Positions 31,419 through 42,229 of a DNA stretch of 64,000 nt are shown here, piece by piece (the first letter of the stretch is position 1; every line of letters starts with the position of its first letter). The stretch lies in the NCBI RefSeq assembly GCF_988242995.1, contig NZ_OZ547043.1, one strand, 5' to 3'. The position numbers were made by a program, and so were the translations under genes. Under the pieces are notes generated by a model. The model had not been told where the DNA came from. It worked only from the letters and a program-made list of their open reading frames with translations, and ran no database searches.

Positions 31419-31480
31419 TTGTCACGATTTGCGGAGCTTGTCACAGCTGACAAAGCGAATGTCACAGCGAAAAAAGTGAC
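31419..31480. promoter_or_regulatory. TGTCAC(A)-repeat cluster in the feaR-feaB intergenic region (candidate FeaR operator)
   Basis: Four TGTCAC/GTGACA motifs, including the palindrome TGTCACAGCTGACA; a related palindrome lies upstream of tynA. Confidence 0.4.
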
Positions 31481-31535
31481 TTTTCTTGTCGCTGCGTACA
31501 CTGAAATCACACTGGGTAAATGATAAGGAAAAGTG

Positions 31536-33035
31536 ATGACAGAGCCGCATGTAGCAGTATTAAGCCAGGTCCAACAGTTTCTCGATCGTCAACACGGTCT
31601 TTATATTGATGGTCGTCCTGGCCCCGCACAAAGTGAAAAACGGTTGGCGATCTTTGATCCGGCCACCGGGCAAGAAATTGCGTCAACTGTTGATGCCAAC
31701 GAAGCGGATGTAGATAACGCGGTCATGTCTGCCTGGCGGGCCTTTGTCTCGCGTCGCTGGGCCGGGCGATTACCCGCAGAGCGTGAACGTATCCTGCTAC
31801 GTTTTGCCGATCTGGTGGAACAGCACGGTGAGGAGCTGGCACAGCTGGAAACCCTGGAGCAAGGCAAGTCAATTGCTATTTCCCGTGCTTTTGAAGTGGG
31901 CTGTACGCTGAACTGGATGCGTTATACCGCTGGGTTAACGACCAAAATCGCGGGTAAAACGCTGGACTTGTCGATTCCCTTACCCCAGGGGGCGCGCTAT
32001 CAGGCCTGGACGCGTAAAGAGCCGGTTGGCGTAGTGGCGGGAATTGTGCCATGGAACTTCCCGTTGATGATTGGCATGTGGAAGGTGATGCCAGCACTGG
32101 CAGCAGGCTGTTCAATCGTGATTAAGCCTTCGGAAACCACGCCACTGACGATGTTGCGCGTGGCGGAACTGGCCAGCGAGGCTGGTATCCCTGATGGCGT
32201 TTTTAATGTCGTCACCGGGGCCGGTGCTGTATGCGGCGCGGCCCTGACGTCACATCCTCATGTTGCGAAAATCAGTTTTACCGGTTCAACCGCGACGGGC
32301 AGAGGTATTGCCAGAACTGCTGCTGATCGCTTAACGCGTGTAACGCTGGAACTGGGCGGTAAAAACCCGGCAATTGTATTAAAAGATGCTGATCCGCAAT
32401 GGGTTATTGAAGGCTTGATGACCGGAAGCTTCCTGAATCAGGGGCAAGTATGCGCCGCCAGTTCGCGAATTTATATTGAAGCGCCGTTGTTTGACACGAT
32501 GGTTAGTGGATTTGAGCAGGCGGTAAAATCGTTGCAAGTGGGACCGGGGATGTCACCTGTTGCACAGATTAACCCTTTGGTTTCTCGTGCGCACTGCGAC
32601 AAAGTGTGTTCATTCCTCGACGATGCGCAGGCACAGCAAGCAGAGCTGATTCGCGGGTCGAATGGACCAGCCGGAGAGGGGTATTATGTTGCGCCAACGC
32701 TGGTGGTAAATCCCGATGCTAAATTGCGCTTAACTCGTGAAGAGGTGTTTGGTCCGGTGGTTAACCTGGTGCGAGTAGCAGACGGAGAAGAGGCGTTACA
32801 ACTGGCAAACGACACGGAATATGGCTTAACTGCCAGCGTCTGGACGCAAAATCTCTCCCAGGCTCTGGAATATAGCGATCGCTTACAGGCAGGGACGGTG
32901 TGGGTAAACAGTCATACCTTAATTGACGCTAACTTACCGTTTGGTGGGATGAAGCAGTCAGGAACAGGCCGTGATTTTGGCCCGGACTGGCTGGACGGTT
33001 GGTGTGAAACTAAGTCGGTGTGTGTACGGTATTAA
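31536..33035 (+). CDS. feaB: Phenylacetaldehyde dehydrogenase
   Basis: 499 aa from [26 protein letters not shown]; aldehyde dehydrogenase family. Confidence 0.9.
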   Translation: MTEPHVAVLSQVQQFLDRQHGLYIDGRPGPAQSEKRLAIFDPATGQEIASTVDANEADVDNAVMSAWRAFVSRRWAGRLPAERERILLRFADLVEQHGEELAQLETLEQGKSIAISRAFEVGCTLNWMRYTAGLTTKIAGKTLDLSIPLPQGARYQAWTRKEPVGVVAGIVPWNFPLMIGMWKVMPALAAGCSIVIKPSETTPLTMLRVAELASEAGIPDGVFNVVTGAGAVCGAALTSHPHVAKISFTGSTATGRGIARTAADRLTRVTLELGGKNPAIVLKDADPQWVIEGLMTGSFLNQGQVCAASSRIYIEAPLFDTMVSGFEQAVKSLQVGPGMSPVAQINPLVSRAHCDKVCSFLDDAQAQQAELIRGSNGPAGEGYYVAPTLVVNPDAKLRLTREEVFGPVVNLVRVADGEEALQLANDTEYGLTASVWTQNLSQALEYSDRLQAGTVWVNSHTLIDANLPFGGMKQSGTGRDFGPDWLDGWCETKSVCVRY

Positions 33036-33049
33036 TCTGGTTCGCTCAT

Positions 33050-33762
33050 AATAAATATCCTCCGGCATAGCCGGAGGTTTTTCAAATGCGCCTATAAGGC
33101 TCTCTTACCAGCCGCGCCCTAACAGGCGCACACGATCTGACATTTGCATCCAACTTCGTTACTTACGGCCCGTAAACGGGCTGCCCGGATAGGGAATCGA
33201 TAACTGCTCTCCCATTTTATCCTCTTCAAGCTGGTGCTTTATGTAATCCTGTATCTTCGCCGTGTTCTTACCCACTGTATCGACGTAGTACCCTCTGCAC
33301 CAGAACTCCCTGTTCCTGTATTTGAATTTCAAATCACCAAACTGCTCGTAAAGCATCAGACTGCTTTTCCCTTTCAGATATCCCATAAACCCGGATACGC
33401 TCATTTTGGGCGGGATCTCCACAAGCATATGGATATGATCTGCACAGCATTCAGCTTCCAGAATCCGTACGCTTTTCCACTCACACAGCTTTCTCAAAAT
33501 ACTGCCTATTGCTCTACGCTTCTCTCTGTAGAACACCTGTCTTCGGTATTTTGGCGCAAAAACTATGTGATATTTACAGTTCCATCGGGTGTGCGCTAAG
33601 CTCTTTTCGTTCCCCATTGGGACCCCCTTTTGATTTCTTGTTTGACACTTGCAGTTGCCAGACCGCAAAGTGTTTTAACAAATCAAAAGGGGTTTTAATA
33701 ACTGGCTCAAAGCTGAAAGCTTTCCGGAACCCCCAGCCTAGCTGGGGGTTTTCTGTGCACAA
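33050..33762 (-). mobile_element. IS200-type insertion sequence (IS200/IS605 family), copy A
   Basis: ~713-bp unit whose reverse complement matches 62558-63270 along its whole length by eye; encodes a 152-aa HuH Y1 transposase; sits between convergent feaB and tynA. Confidence 0.8.
33159..33617 (-). CDS. tnpA: IS200/IS605-family transposase TnpA (Y1 HuH)
   Basis: 152 aa from MGNEKSLAHTRWNCKYHIVFAPKYRRQVFY; the track ORF has an upstream extension. Confidence 0.85.
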   Translation of the reverse strand: MGNEKSLAHTRWNCKYHIVFAPKYRRQVFYREKRRAIGSILRKLCEWKSVRILEAECCADHIHMLVEIPPKMSVSGFMGYLKGKSSLMLYEQFGDLKFKYRNREFWCRGYYVDTVGKNTAKIQDYIKHQLEEDKMGEQLSIPYPGSPFTGRK

Positions 33763-33763
33763 G

Positions 33764-33792
33764 TAAAAAACGGCACCTGGTGCCGTTTTTTT
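33764..33792 (-). terminator. Bidirectional terminator hairpin downstream of tynA
   Basis: A7-cggcacc-ggtgccg-T7. Confidence 0.55.
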
Positions 33793-33804
33793 AGTCTGAA
33801 ACAA

Positions 33805-36078
33805 TCACTTATCTTTCTTTAGCGCCCCTAGCGTTGGCGTTTCGTCAAAGAAGTTCCATGGTTTCAGCAGGGTATGTACCCATTCGGTCGGCATAATCGG
33901 CCACTCTTCGGCGCGGGCCACATGTGTGGTGCCGGTGGTCATCCAGACAACGGCGTCGGTGTTGTCCAGCGACTCGTTATCTTTACTGTATTGTCCAAGA
34001 CCGGTGTCATGAGTAGAACGGTTCGGATATTTGCCTTCCGGGAAACGCTCGCCAGGATGATAACGCGTTACCCAGAGCTGCTTGTCCATAAAGCTTAAAC
34101 GATGATAGATCCACTCGTCCGGCGCGAACTGGGCACCTTTTGCTACCGGGTGAGTACCACCTGCATAAGGAATAATTTGATAGGAAACCGGATTGCCCAT
34201 GCGGTTCTCTTTGTTCAGGTTACTCAACAGACGAATCGTGCCCGGATCAAACTTCTGCGCGGCATCCTGTTCATTGCCGATGTTGTACTGATTAACTTGC
34301 ATGGTACTGGTGCGTGGGCCACCGGCAGTATTCGGTTTTACCACCGGGTCCATCGCCACCAGGCTGTTATTCTCGCCATCTACATCCAGATCGAGGCGGA
34401 AATTATAAATATGTTGGTGTGTAGTACCCACTATATTGTGATCGATAAGCGTGCCGTAGCGCGTGTCATCTTTCGCCGTCTCATCGTGCATGGTTTTCGC
34501 TTTAACACCTTTCACCGCTTCGATGCCCGTAGCACCGGCATCAATGCCAATAGTGCCGTTTTCATGGAAGATCCAGTCAAAAATGTAGTCATAGTTACCC
34601 ACTGTACTGATCCAGCGCACCACCAACTCCCGGCGTTCGGTACTGACGTTGGGCTGGCCCATTTCCTGATGCTTATACTCAGGCCCGGCATAACGTTCAA
34701 ATACCGCGATAGCGCGAGGGATCTCCATCGGCACGCCAGTGTAGTCGGCGATGGTTTCATTAAGGAGCACTGCGTTAGACGGTGCATCTTTACCACGAGC
34801 AATTGGTGAGGTTAGCGTGCCCATACCGTAGTCACCAGAGTCCAGATACGCTTTAAAGTACCAGCCAATATCAGGATCACCGTAAGGCACAATCATGCCG
34901 CCGAGAGAACCTTCGTACATGACTTTGCGTTTGGTGCCATTGTCGTTATAAGTCACGGTGGAGATCATCGGCCCGACGCGAGAGTTCATGCTGAGGTGAA
35001 AATCCCAGTTACGCCAGTGAATCATATCGCCAGTAATGGTGTAATTTTTACCTTCAGGCTCGATGATTTGCATAGGTTTAACTGCCGGAGCAATGCGGTC
35101 ACGGCCATCAAATGGGCGTGCGGTCATTGGCACCGGAACTACCGGACCTTCTTCAATCTTAACGATTTTTTTCTGTTCTAAGTCAACGACCGCCACCAGG
35201 TTTTCGATGGGATGTGCCCAGTAGTTGCCATCACCAACATCAAGATAGCTGATGACTTTGAGCAACCGGGCATCTTGTTTCAGGCCATCTTTACCATCGA
35301 AATAACCTACGGTCAGCGGCGTGGTAATCACTTTCTTCGCATCAGTAATACCGCGCTTCTTCACGGCAGCGGCAAATTCTTCACTGTTGTTAATAATGTT
35401 CTGCACACTGGCGAAATCATCCAGCAACACCATACCGTGGGCGTCTTTAATGGGTTGCCAGGAGAGCAGTTTGTTGTTTTGCAGATCCACCACCGCTTCG
35501 ATGATATGTTTGCCGTCGAGCATAATGACGTCGGCTTTGCGCGGCTGGTCAACTGGTTTGTTTTCGAGCGCAAACGCCCAGACAGCTTCTTTATCTGGCG
35601 GTAGCAGGGAGATCTCAGTAAAACGGGTATTGGGTTTGAAGTCCGCGGAAGCTTTAACAATTTCAACGGCCTGTTTAATTTCGTCCGCAGTTAGCGCATT
35701 AAGTGGGTGAGGGCGCTTTTCTACCTGAAAGGTTTGATCCAGCCCGGACTGGAAAACATCGTTAATAAAGGTGTCAGAAACCCAGGCTTTATTGTCTTTC
35801 ATCACTACCGGGACTTGCAGTGCCAGAGGCTGACCATTAACAATTGCTGTTTGCGCACCAGGCTTCACTTTCACGTACGCGCCATCTTTAATCAGGGTAA
35901 AGATCTGGGCGTAGTCGTCCCACTGCACATCGGCACCAAATTCTTTAAGCGTTTTATCCATTGGCACCATATGCGCTTCACCACCGTGGGCAAATACCGG
36001 CGCTTGCCAGGCGAAACTTAAGGCGACTGCCAACGCCAGGGCTGTTTTACGGGCAGAATACAGAGAGGGGCTTCCCAT
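33805..36078 (-). CDS. tynA: Periplasmic copper/topaquinone amine oxidase (tyramine oxidase)
   Basis: 757 aa from MGSPSLYSARKTALALAVALSFAWQAPVFA, in frame with the track ORF. Confidence 0.9.
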   Translation of the reverse strand: MGSPSLYSARKTALALAVALSFAWQAPVFAHGGEAHMVPMDKTLKEFGADVQWDDYAQIFTLIKDGAYVKVKPGAQTAIVNGQPLALQVPVVMKDNKAWVSDTFINDVFQSGLDQTFQVEKRPHPLNALTADEIKQAVEIVKASADFKPNTRFTEISLLPPDKEAVWAFALENKPVDQPRKADVIMLDGKHIIEAVVDLQNNKLLSWQPIKDAHGMVLLDDFASVQNIINNSEEFAAAVKKRGITDAKKVITTPLTVGYFDGKDGLKQDARLLKVISYLDVGDGNYWAHPIENLVAVVDLEQKKIVKIEEGPVVPVPMTARPFDGRDRIAPAVKPMQIIEPEGKNYTITGDMIHWRNWDFHLSMNSRVGPMISTVTYNDNGTKRKVMYEGSLGGMIVPYGDPDIGWYFKAYLDSGDYGMGTLTSPIARGKDAPSNAVLLNETIADYTGVPMEIPRAIAVFERYAGPEYKHQEMGQPNVSTERRELVVRWISTVGNYDYIFDWIFHENGTIGIDAGATGIEAVKGVKAKTMHDETAKDDTRYGTLIDHNIVGTTHQHIYNFRLDLDVDGENNSLVAMDPVVKPNTAGGPRTSTMQVNQYNIGNEQDAAQKFDPGTIRLLSNLNKENRMGNPVSYQIIPYAGGTHPVAKGAQFAPDEWIYHRLSFMDKQLWVTRYHPGERFPEGKYPNRSTHDTGLGQYSKDNESLDNTDAVVWMTTGTTHVARAEEWPIMPTEWVHTLLKPWNFFDETPTLGALKKDK

Positions 36079-36248
36079 TATTAACCTCGTCAGATGTTGT
36101 GTTCTTGTTAGCAACCGCGCTCTGTGGGCGGTTTAGTCAGGTTCACATTATCAGTACTGATGTAAAGGGGATTGCCTGCACCTGCCAGGTTGTTTGGCAG
36201 GTGTGCCAGCTTTTCATACAGTGAGTGCCCTGAAAATACAGATACACA

Positions 36249-36263
36249 TCATGCATAATGTGA
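36249..36263. promoter_or_regulatory. TGTGACA-ACG-TCACA palindrome upstream of tynA (candidate FeaR site)
   Basis: Same TGTCAC motif family as in the feaB promoter region. Confidence 0.35.
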
Positions 36264-36276
36264 CAACGTCACAAAA

Positions 36277-36306
36277 TTTGGTGAAATAAAAGGGCAACTA
36301 TTCGCC
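36277..36306 (-). terminator. Intrinsic terminator downstream of paaZ
   Basis: Minus strand: aagggcaac-ggcgaata-gttgccctt followed by TTTATTT. Confidence 0.5.
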
Positions 36307-36325
36307 GTTGCCCTTCATTGACCGA

Positions 36326-38371
36326 TTAATCGACAAAATCACCGTGCTGCCTGGCCACCAGCGTCAGAATTGAATACAGCGCCACCGGGGTTTGATGCTG
36401 ATTGAATACCTCTACCGACCATTCCACTACACCTGTTGGTTTTTCTTCTGCGCTACGCTGTTTTTTCAGCGTCTTGCGCTTACAGGTGAGACGCACCTGG
36501 ATGGTATCGCCTGGTTTTACGGGTTCGATAAAACGCAAGTTTTCCAGCCCGTAGTTAGCAATGACCGGACCAACTCCGGCATCGACAAACAGACCCGCAG
36601 CCGCAGAAAGCACAAAATACCCATGCACCACCCGCTCACCGAAAATAGATTCGGCAGCGGCAATTTTATCCATATGTGCATAGAAATGATCGCCGCTGAG
36701 GCAAGCAAAGTTAACAATATCGGCCTCTGTCATTGTGCGGCGGGGGGTCAGCAGGCTGTCGCCTGGTTGCAACTCCTCAAAATATTTGCGGAACGGATGA
36801 ATACGATCTTCTTCGACTTTCGCACCGCGCACCCACTGTTTACTGATAGCGGCAAGCATCGTCGGACTACCCTGAACAGCGGTTCGCTGCATGTAATGTT
36901 TCACCGCTCGTAAACCACCTAATTCTTCACCGCCTCCTGCGCGACCAGGCCCACCATGTAACAGTTGTGGCAGTGGGGAGCCATGCCCGGTGGATTCTTT
37001 TGCCGATTCTTCATTGAGGATCTGAATTCGCCCATGCGTACGCGCCGCGTCGGCAATAAACTGACGCGCAATTTGCGGATCAGCCGTCACCAGCGTTCCC
37101 GCAAGGCTACCACCGCCTGCACAAGCCAGTTGCAGAGCATGTTGCTGGTTTTGTGCTGGCATCAGCGTTGCGACAGGGCCAAAGGCTTCTGTTGCATGTA
37201 CCGCCGGTGTTTCATCCGGCTGCGGACAGTACAATAAGGTTGGCGGGAAGAATGCACCCGCAGCAGATAAATCCGCCTGACCACCGAGGCGAATCTCGCA
37301 TCCTGCAGCCAGCAATGTGTTCACTTTTTCCTGCACATCGGCACGCTGTTCAGCATTTACCAGTGCGCCCATTTTCACGCCTTCCTGCCCAGGATCACCG
37401 ACCACGACTTTCTGTAATCGCGCAACCAGAGCATCACTGACAGCATTAACCAATGCCTGCGGCACAATAATCCGCCGGATTGCCGTACATTTTTGCCCGG
37501 CTTTTGTGGTCATCTCACGCACAACTTCACGAATAAACAGTGCAAACTCCGGTTGATCCGGGGTGACATCTTCGCCCAGTACGCAGCAGTTCAGGGAATC
37601 AGCTTCCATGGTGAAGGGGATAGATTTGGCGACGATATTTGGCTGAACACGTAGCATCTGTCCGGTCGTCGCAGAGCCCGTGAAAGTCACCACATCCTGG
37701 CTGTCCAGATGATCCAACAAGTCGCCCGCACTACCGCAGATCAGACTAATTGCGCCTTCGGGAACAAGACCACTATCGACAATTGATTTTACCATCGCCT
37801 GAGTCAGTTGGGCAGTCGCGGTGGCAGGTTTGATGATGGCTGGCATTCCGCCCAGCCACGTTGGTGCCAGCTTTTCCAGCATTCCCCAGCAGGGGAAGTT
37901 AAAGGCGTTAATATGCACTGCCACGCCTGACTTTGAGGTCAGTACATGGCGCGCGGCAAATCCACCTTCTTTCGATAAGGGGATCAATTCATCTTCCGGC
38001 CACAGCGTATCGTCAGGCAGCTCCCGGCTACCGAGGCTGGCGTATGTAAATAACGTCCCAATGCCACCTTCAATATCAACCCAACTGTCTGCCCGCGTTG
38101 CGCCTGTTTGTGCAGAAAGAGCATAGAAACGCTCTTTTTCACTCAGCAGATGTTTAGCGACCGCTTTAAGCATCGCCGCACGTTCGATAAAGGTCATAGC
38201 GCGGAGGGCGGGGGCACCTTTTTCAATGGCAAACTGGCGGGCAGCCGCCATATCAAGACCTTCACTGGTCACTTCCCATAACGCCTCGCCGCTAATGGCG
38301 TGGTGAATCAAACGGCTACGGCCCCGGCCAGACTGCCAGGTACCGGATAAGAAACTGGCTAACTGCTGCAT
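36326..38371 (-). CDS. paaZ: Bifunctional oxepin-CoA hydrolase / aldehyde dehydrogenase PaaZ
   Basis: 681 aa; aldehyde dehydrogenase domain plus C-terminal MaoC-like hotdog domain. Confidence 0.9.
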   Translation of the reverse strand: MQQLASFLSGTWQSGRGRSRLIHHAISGEALWEVTSEGLDMAAARQFAIEKGAPALRAMTFIERAAMLKAVAKHLLSEKERFYALSAQTGATRADSWVDIEGGIGTLFTYASLGSRELPDDTLWPEDELIPLSKEGGFAARHVLTSKSGVAVHINAFNFPCWGMLEKLAPTWLGGMPAIIKPATATAQLTQAMVKSIVDSGLVPEGAISLICGSAGDLLDHLDSQDVVTFTGSATTGQMLRVQPNIVAKSIPFTMEADSLNCCVLGEDVTPDQPEFALFIREVVREMTTKAGQKCTAIRRIIVPQALVNAVSDALVARLQKVVVGDPGQEGVKMGALVNAEQRADVQEKVNTLLAAGCEIRLGGQADLSAAGAFFPPTLLYCPQPDETPAVHATEAFGPVATLMPAQNQQHALQLACAGGGSLAGTLVTADPQIARQFIADAARTHGRIQILNEESAKESTGHGSPLPQLLHGGPGRAGGGEELGGLRAVKHYMQRTAVQGSPTMLAAISKQWVRGAKVEEDRIHPFRKYFEELQPGDSLLTPRRTMTEADIVNFACLSGDHFYAHMDKIAAAESIFGERVVHGYFVLSAAAGLFVDAGVGPVIANYGLENLRFIEPVKPGDTIQVRLTCKRKTLKKQRSAEEKPTGVVEWSVEVFNQHQTPVALYSILTLVARQHGDFVD

Positions 38372-38603
38372 CGCTACTCTCCAGATGTTTCACATTTCTG
38401 TTGCTAATAGTTAAATCGCGAATCATAAAAAGCAAGTGGTCTTTTAACGAAATGTTAACTATGCGATCTGTATAGCAACTGCGAAAAACATTAATGCACT
38501 GATAAATAATGATTTATAAAAATAGGGTGCGAAATTCGTCACAGTTCAAACATACAAAATTTGTGATTTTAGTTAACCATTGTGTAACTTTCATAAAACA
38601 ACG

Positions 38604-38642
38604 TGATTCGTGTTTTTAATTAAATCACGAAATCTGGAATCG
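38604..38642. promoter_or_regulatory. Candidate PaaX operator in the paaA promoter
   Basis: TGATTC-N27-GAATCG, one mismatch to the TGATTC-N27-GAATCA consensus as I recall it, just upstream of paaA. Confidence 0.45.
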
Positions 38643-38655
38643 TAAAGGTGATGAC

Positions 38656-39585
38656 GTGACCCAAGAAGAACGCTTTGAGCAACGGATAGCCCAGGAAACG
38701 GCTATCGAGCCGCAGGACTGGATGCCCGATGCTTACCGAAAGACATTGATCCGCCAGATTGGGCAGCATGCGCACTCCGAGATTGTGGGTATGTTGCCTG
38801 AAGGTAACTGGATCACTCGCGCACCAACCTTGCGGCGTAAAGCCATTCTGTTAGCCAAAGTGCAGGATGAAGCCGGTCATGGTCTGTATCTCTATAGCGC
38901 CGCCGAAACACTGGGCTGCGCCAGAGAAGACATCTACCAAAAAATGCTCGACGGACGGATGAAATATTCCTCCATCTTTAATTATCCGACATTGAGTTGG
39001 GCTGATATCGGTGTTATCGGCTGGCTGGTGGATGGCGCAGCGATCGTCAATCAGGTGGCGTTATGCCGCACTTCTTATGGCCCGTATGCCAGAGCAATGG
39101 TGAAAATCTGCAAAGAAGAGAGTTTTCACCAGCGTCAGGGGTTTGAAGCCTGCATGGCACTGGCGCAGGGCAGCGAAGCTCAAAAGCAGATGTTGCAAGA
39201 CGCCATTAACCGTTTCTGGTGGCCAGCCTTAATGATGTTCGGGCCAAACGATGATAACTCGCCAAACAGCGCCAGAAGTCTCGCCTGGAAAATCAAACGT
39301 TTCACCAACGACGAACTCCGCCAGCGTTTCGTGGATAACACCGTTCCACAGGTTGAAATGCTCGGTATGACCGTTCCTGACCCGGATCTGCATTTTGATA
39401 CTGAAAGCGGTCACTACCGCTTTGGTGAGATCGACTGGCAGGAGTTTAACGAAGTGATAAACGGTCGCGGAATTTGTAATCAGGAGCGGCTCGACGCCAA
39501 ACGTAAAGCCTGGGAAGAAGGTACCTGGGTACGGGAAGCTGCGCTGGCCCATGCACAAAAACAACATGCCTGTAAGGTCGCATAA
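38656..39585 (+). CDS. paaA: Phenylacetyl-CoA 1,2-epoxidase subunit A
   Basis: 309 aa, [14 protein letters not shown] (GTG start). Confidence 0.9.
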   Translation: MTQEERFEQRIAQETAIEPQDWMPDAYRKTLIRQIGQHAHSEIVGMLPEGNWITRAPTLRRKAILLAKVQDEAGHGLYLYSAAETLGCAREDIYQKMLDGRMKYSSIFNYPTLSWADIGVIGWLVDGAAIVNQVALCRTSYGPYARAMVKICKEESFHQRQGFEACMALAQGSEAQKQMLQDAINRFWWPALMMFGPNDDNSPNSARSLAWKIKRFTNDELRQRFVDNTVPQVEMLGMTVPDPDLHFDTESGHYRFGEIDWQEFNEVINGRGICNQERLDAKRKAWEEGTWVREAALAHAQKQHACKVA

Positions 39586-39596
39586 GGAGTTTCAAA

Positions 39597-39884
39597 ATGA
39601 GTAATGTTTACTGGCCGTTATACGAAGTTTTCGTGCGTGGCAAACAGGGCTTATCACACCGCCATGTTGGCAGTTTACATGCTGCCGATGAGCGGATGGC
39701 ACTGGAAAATGCCCGTGATGCTTATACCCGTCGTAGCGAAGGATGTTCAATTTGGGTGGTGAAGGCGAGTGAAATTGTTGCCTCGCAACCGGAAGAACGC
39801 GGTGAATTTTTTGATCCGGCTGAAAGCAAGGTCTATCGCCATCCAACGTTTTACACCATCCCTGATGGCATTGAGCACATGTGA
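39597..39884 (+). CDS. paaB: Phenylacetyl-CoA epoxidase subunit B
   Basis: 95 aa. Confidence 0.9.
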   Translation: MSNVYWPLYEVFVRGKQGLSHRHVGSLHAADERMALENARDAYTRRSEGCSIWVVKASEIVASQPEERGEFFDPAESKVYRHPTFYTIPDGIEHM

Positions 39885-39892
39885 GGTCGGAA

Positions 39893-40639
39893 ATGAATCA
39901 GTTAACGGCTTACACCTTGCGCCTGGGCGATAACTGCCTGGTGCTCTCCCAGCGGTTGGGTGAATGGTGCGGTCACGCACCGGAACTGGAAATCGATCTC
40001 GCACTGGCAAACATTGGCCTCGATTTATTAGGTCAGGCACGCAACTTCTTATCGTATGCCGCTGAATTAGCGGGAGAAGGCGATGAAGATACCCTGGCCT
40101 TCACCCGAGACGAGCGCCAGTTCAGCAACTTATTGTTGGTTGAACAACCAAACGGCAATTTTGCCGACACCATTGCACGCCAGTATTTCATCGATGCATG
40201 GCATGTGGCGCTCTTTACCCGTCTGATGGAAAGCCGCGAGCCGCAACTGGCGGCGATTTCTGCCAAAGCAATTAAAGAAGCTCGCTATCACCTGCGTTTT
40301 AGTCGTGGCTGGCTGGAGCGACTGGGCAATGGTACTGACGTATCAGGGCAAAAGATGCAGCAGGCCATCAACAAGTTGTGGCGTTTTACCGCCGAACTGT
40401 TCGATGCCGACGAGATTGATATTGCACTGAGTGAAGAGGGTATTGCGGTTGACCCACGCACTTTACGCGCAGCGTGGGAAGCCGAAGTTTTTGCCGGGAT
40501 CAACGAAGCCACATTGAACGTACCGCAAGAGCAGGCGTATCGCACTGGCGGTAAAAAAGGACTGCATACCGAACACCTTGGACCCATGCTGACAGAAATG
40601 CAGTATCTCCAGCGTGTCTTGCCCGGTCAGCAATGGTAA
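39893..40639 (+). CDS. paaC: Phenylacetyl-CoA epoxidase subunit C
   Basis: 248 aa from MNQLTAYTLRLGDN. Confidence 0.85.
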   Translation: MNQLTAYTLRLGDNCLVLSQRLGEWCGHAPELEIDLALANIGLDLLGQARNFLSYAAELAGEGDEDTLAFTRDERQFSNLLLVEQPNGNFADTIARQYFIDAWHVALFTRLMESREPQLAAISAKAIKEARYHLRFSRGWLERLGNGTDVSGQKMQQAINKLWRFTAELFDADEIDIALSEEGIAVDPRTLRAAWEAEVFAGINEATLNVPQEQAYRTGGKKGLHTEHLGPMLTEMQYLQRVLPGQQW

Positions 40640-40653
40640 CAGAGGAGATGGGT

Positions 40654-41151
40654 ATGCAACGTCTGGCCACCATTGCACCGCCACAGGTTCATGAAATATG
40701 GGCGCTACTCAGCCAGATCCCGGACCCGGAGATTCCGGTGCTGACCATTACCGATTTAGGCATGGTGCGTAATGTGACACAGATGGGAGAAGGATGGGTG
40801 ATCGGCTTTACGCCAACATATTCCGGTTGTCCGGCAACGGAACATTTGATTGGCGCGATACGTGAGGCAATGACAACCCACGGGTTTACTCCCGTTCAGG
40901 TTGTGCTTCAACTCGACCCGGCATGGACCACCGACTGGATGACCCCCGATGCCCGTGAGCGTCTGCGACTGTATGGCATTAGCCCGCCCGCCGGACACAG
41001 TTGCCATGCCCATTTGCCGCCAGAAGTACGTTGCCCGCGCTGCGCCAGCGTCCATACCACACTTATCAGTGAATTTGGTTCCACGGCCTGCAAAGCATTG
41101 TATCGCTGCGATAGTTGCCGCGAACCTTTCGATTATTTCAAATGTATTTGA
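40654..41151 (+). CDS. paaD: Phenylacetate degradation protein PaaD
   Basis: 165 aa from MQRLATIAPPQVHEIW. Confidence 0.85.
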   Translation: MQRLATIAPPQVHEIWALLSQIPDPEIPVLTITDLGMVRNVTQMGEGWVIGFTPTYSGCPATEHLIGAIREAMTTHGFTPVQVVLQLDPAWTTDWMTPDARERLRLYGISPPAGHSCHAHLPPEVRCPRCASVHTTLISEFGSTACKALYRCDSCREPFDYFKCI

Positions 41152-41158
41152 GGATGCC

Positions 41159-42229
41159 ATGACAACGTTTCATTCCTTAACGGTGGCAAAAGTGGAGCCG
41201 GAAACCCGTGATGCGGTGACCATTACCTTTGCGGTGCCCCAGCCTTTGCAGGAGGCGTATCGCTTTCGCCCCGGTCAACATTTGACCTTAAAAGCCAGCT
41301 TTGATGGTGAAGAATTACGCCGTTGTTACTCCATTTGCCGCAGCTACCTGCCTGGCGAAATTAGTGTGGCGGTGAAAGCCATTGAAGGCGGACGTTTCTC
41401 CCGCTATGCCCGCGAACACATACGCCAGGGTATGACGCTGGAGGTCATGGTGCCGCAGGGGCATTTCGGCTATCAGCCGCAGGCCGAACGCCAGGGGCGC
41501 TATCTGGCTATTGCAGCAGGATCAGGTATTACGCCAATGCTGGCGATTATCGCTACCACTTTACAAACCGAGCCTGAAAGTCAGTTCACCCTGATCTACG
41601 GTAACCGTACCAGCCAGAGCATGATGTTTCGCCAGGCACTGGCAGACCTGAAAGACAAATATCCTCAGCGTTTACAGTTGTTGTGCATTTTCAGTCAGGA
41701 AACCCTCGACAGCGATCTGCTTCACGGGCGTATTGACGGTGAAAAATTACAGTCACTTGGGGCCTCGCTCATTAATTTTCGTCTTTATGATGAGGCGTTT
41801 ATTTGTGGTCCGGCGGCGATGATGGATGACGCGGAAGCCGCCTTAAAAGCACTGGGAATGCCAGAAAAAGCTATTCATCTGGAGCGGTTTAATACGCCTG
41901 GCACGCGCGTCAAACGTAGCGTTAACGTGCAAAGTGACGGACAAAAAGTGACTGTACGTCAGGATGGGCGGGATCGGGAAATCGTGCTTAATGCCGACGA
42001 TGAAAGCATTCTCGATGCGGCATTGCGCCAGGGGGCGGATCTGCCCTATGCCTGCAAAGGCGGCGTCTGTGCGACCTGCAAATGCAAAGTGCTGCGTGGC
42101 AAAGTGGCGATGGAAACCAATTACAGTCTGGAACCGGATGAACTGGCCGCAGGCTATGTGTTGAGTTGCCAGGCACTGCCGCTGACCAGCGATGTGGTGG
42201 TTGACTTTGACGCGAAGGGGATGGCATGA
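41159..42229 (+). CDS. paaE: Phenylacetyl-CoA epoxidase reductase subunit (ferredoxin-NADPH reductase)
   Basis: 356 aa from MTTFHSLTVAKVEPETRD; C-terminal 2Fe-2S motif CKGGVCATCKC. Confidence 0.9.
   Translation: MTTFHSLTVAKVEPETRDAVTITFAVPQPLQEAYRFRPGQHLTLKASFDGEELRRCYSICRSYLPGEISVAVKAIEGGRFSRYAREHIRQGMTLEVMVPQGHFGYQPQAERQGRYLAIAAGSGITPMLAIIATTLQTEPESQFTLIYGNRTSQSMMFRQALADLKDKYPQRLQLLCIFSQETLDSDLLHGRIDGEKLQSLGASLINFRLYDEAFICGPAAMMDDAEAALKALGMPEKAIHLERFNTPGTRVKRSVNVQSDGQKVTVRQDGRDREIVLNADDESILDAALRQGADLPYACKGGVCATCKCKVLRGKVAMETNYSLEPDELAAGYVLSCQALPLTSDVVVDFDAKGMA

Noticed and set aside
33159-33668. REP-associated tyrosine transposase (RAYT) rather than an IS
   Set aside because: The whole ~713-bp unit including both ends is duplicated at 62558-63270, and the protein is the 152-aa IS200 type, so a mobile IS200 copy is the better reading.
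40949-41158. N-terminal extension giving a 426-aa PaaE
   Set aside because: The extension overlaps the 3' end of paaD in another frame; the ATG at 41159 (MTTFHSL...) gives the expected 356-aa reductase.
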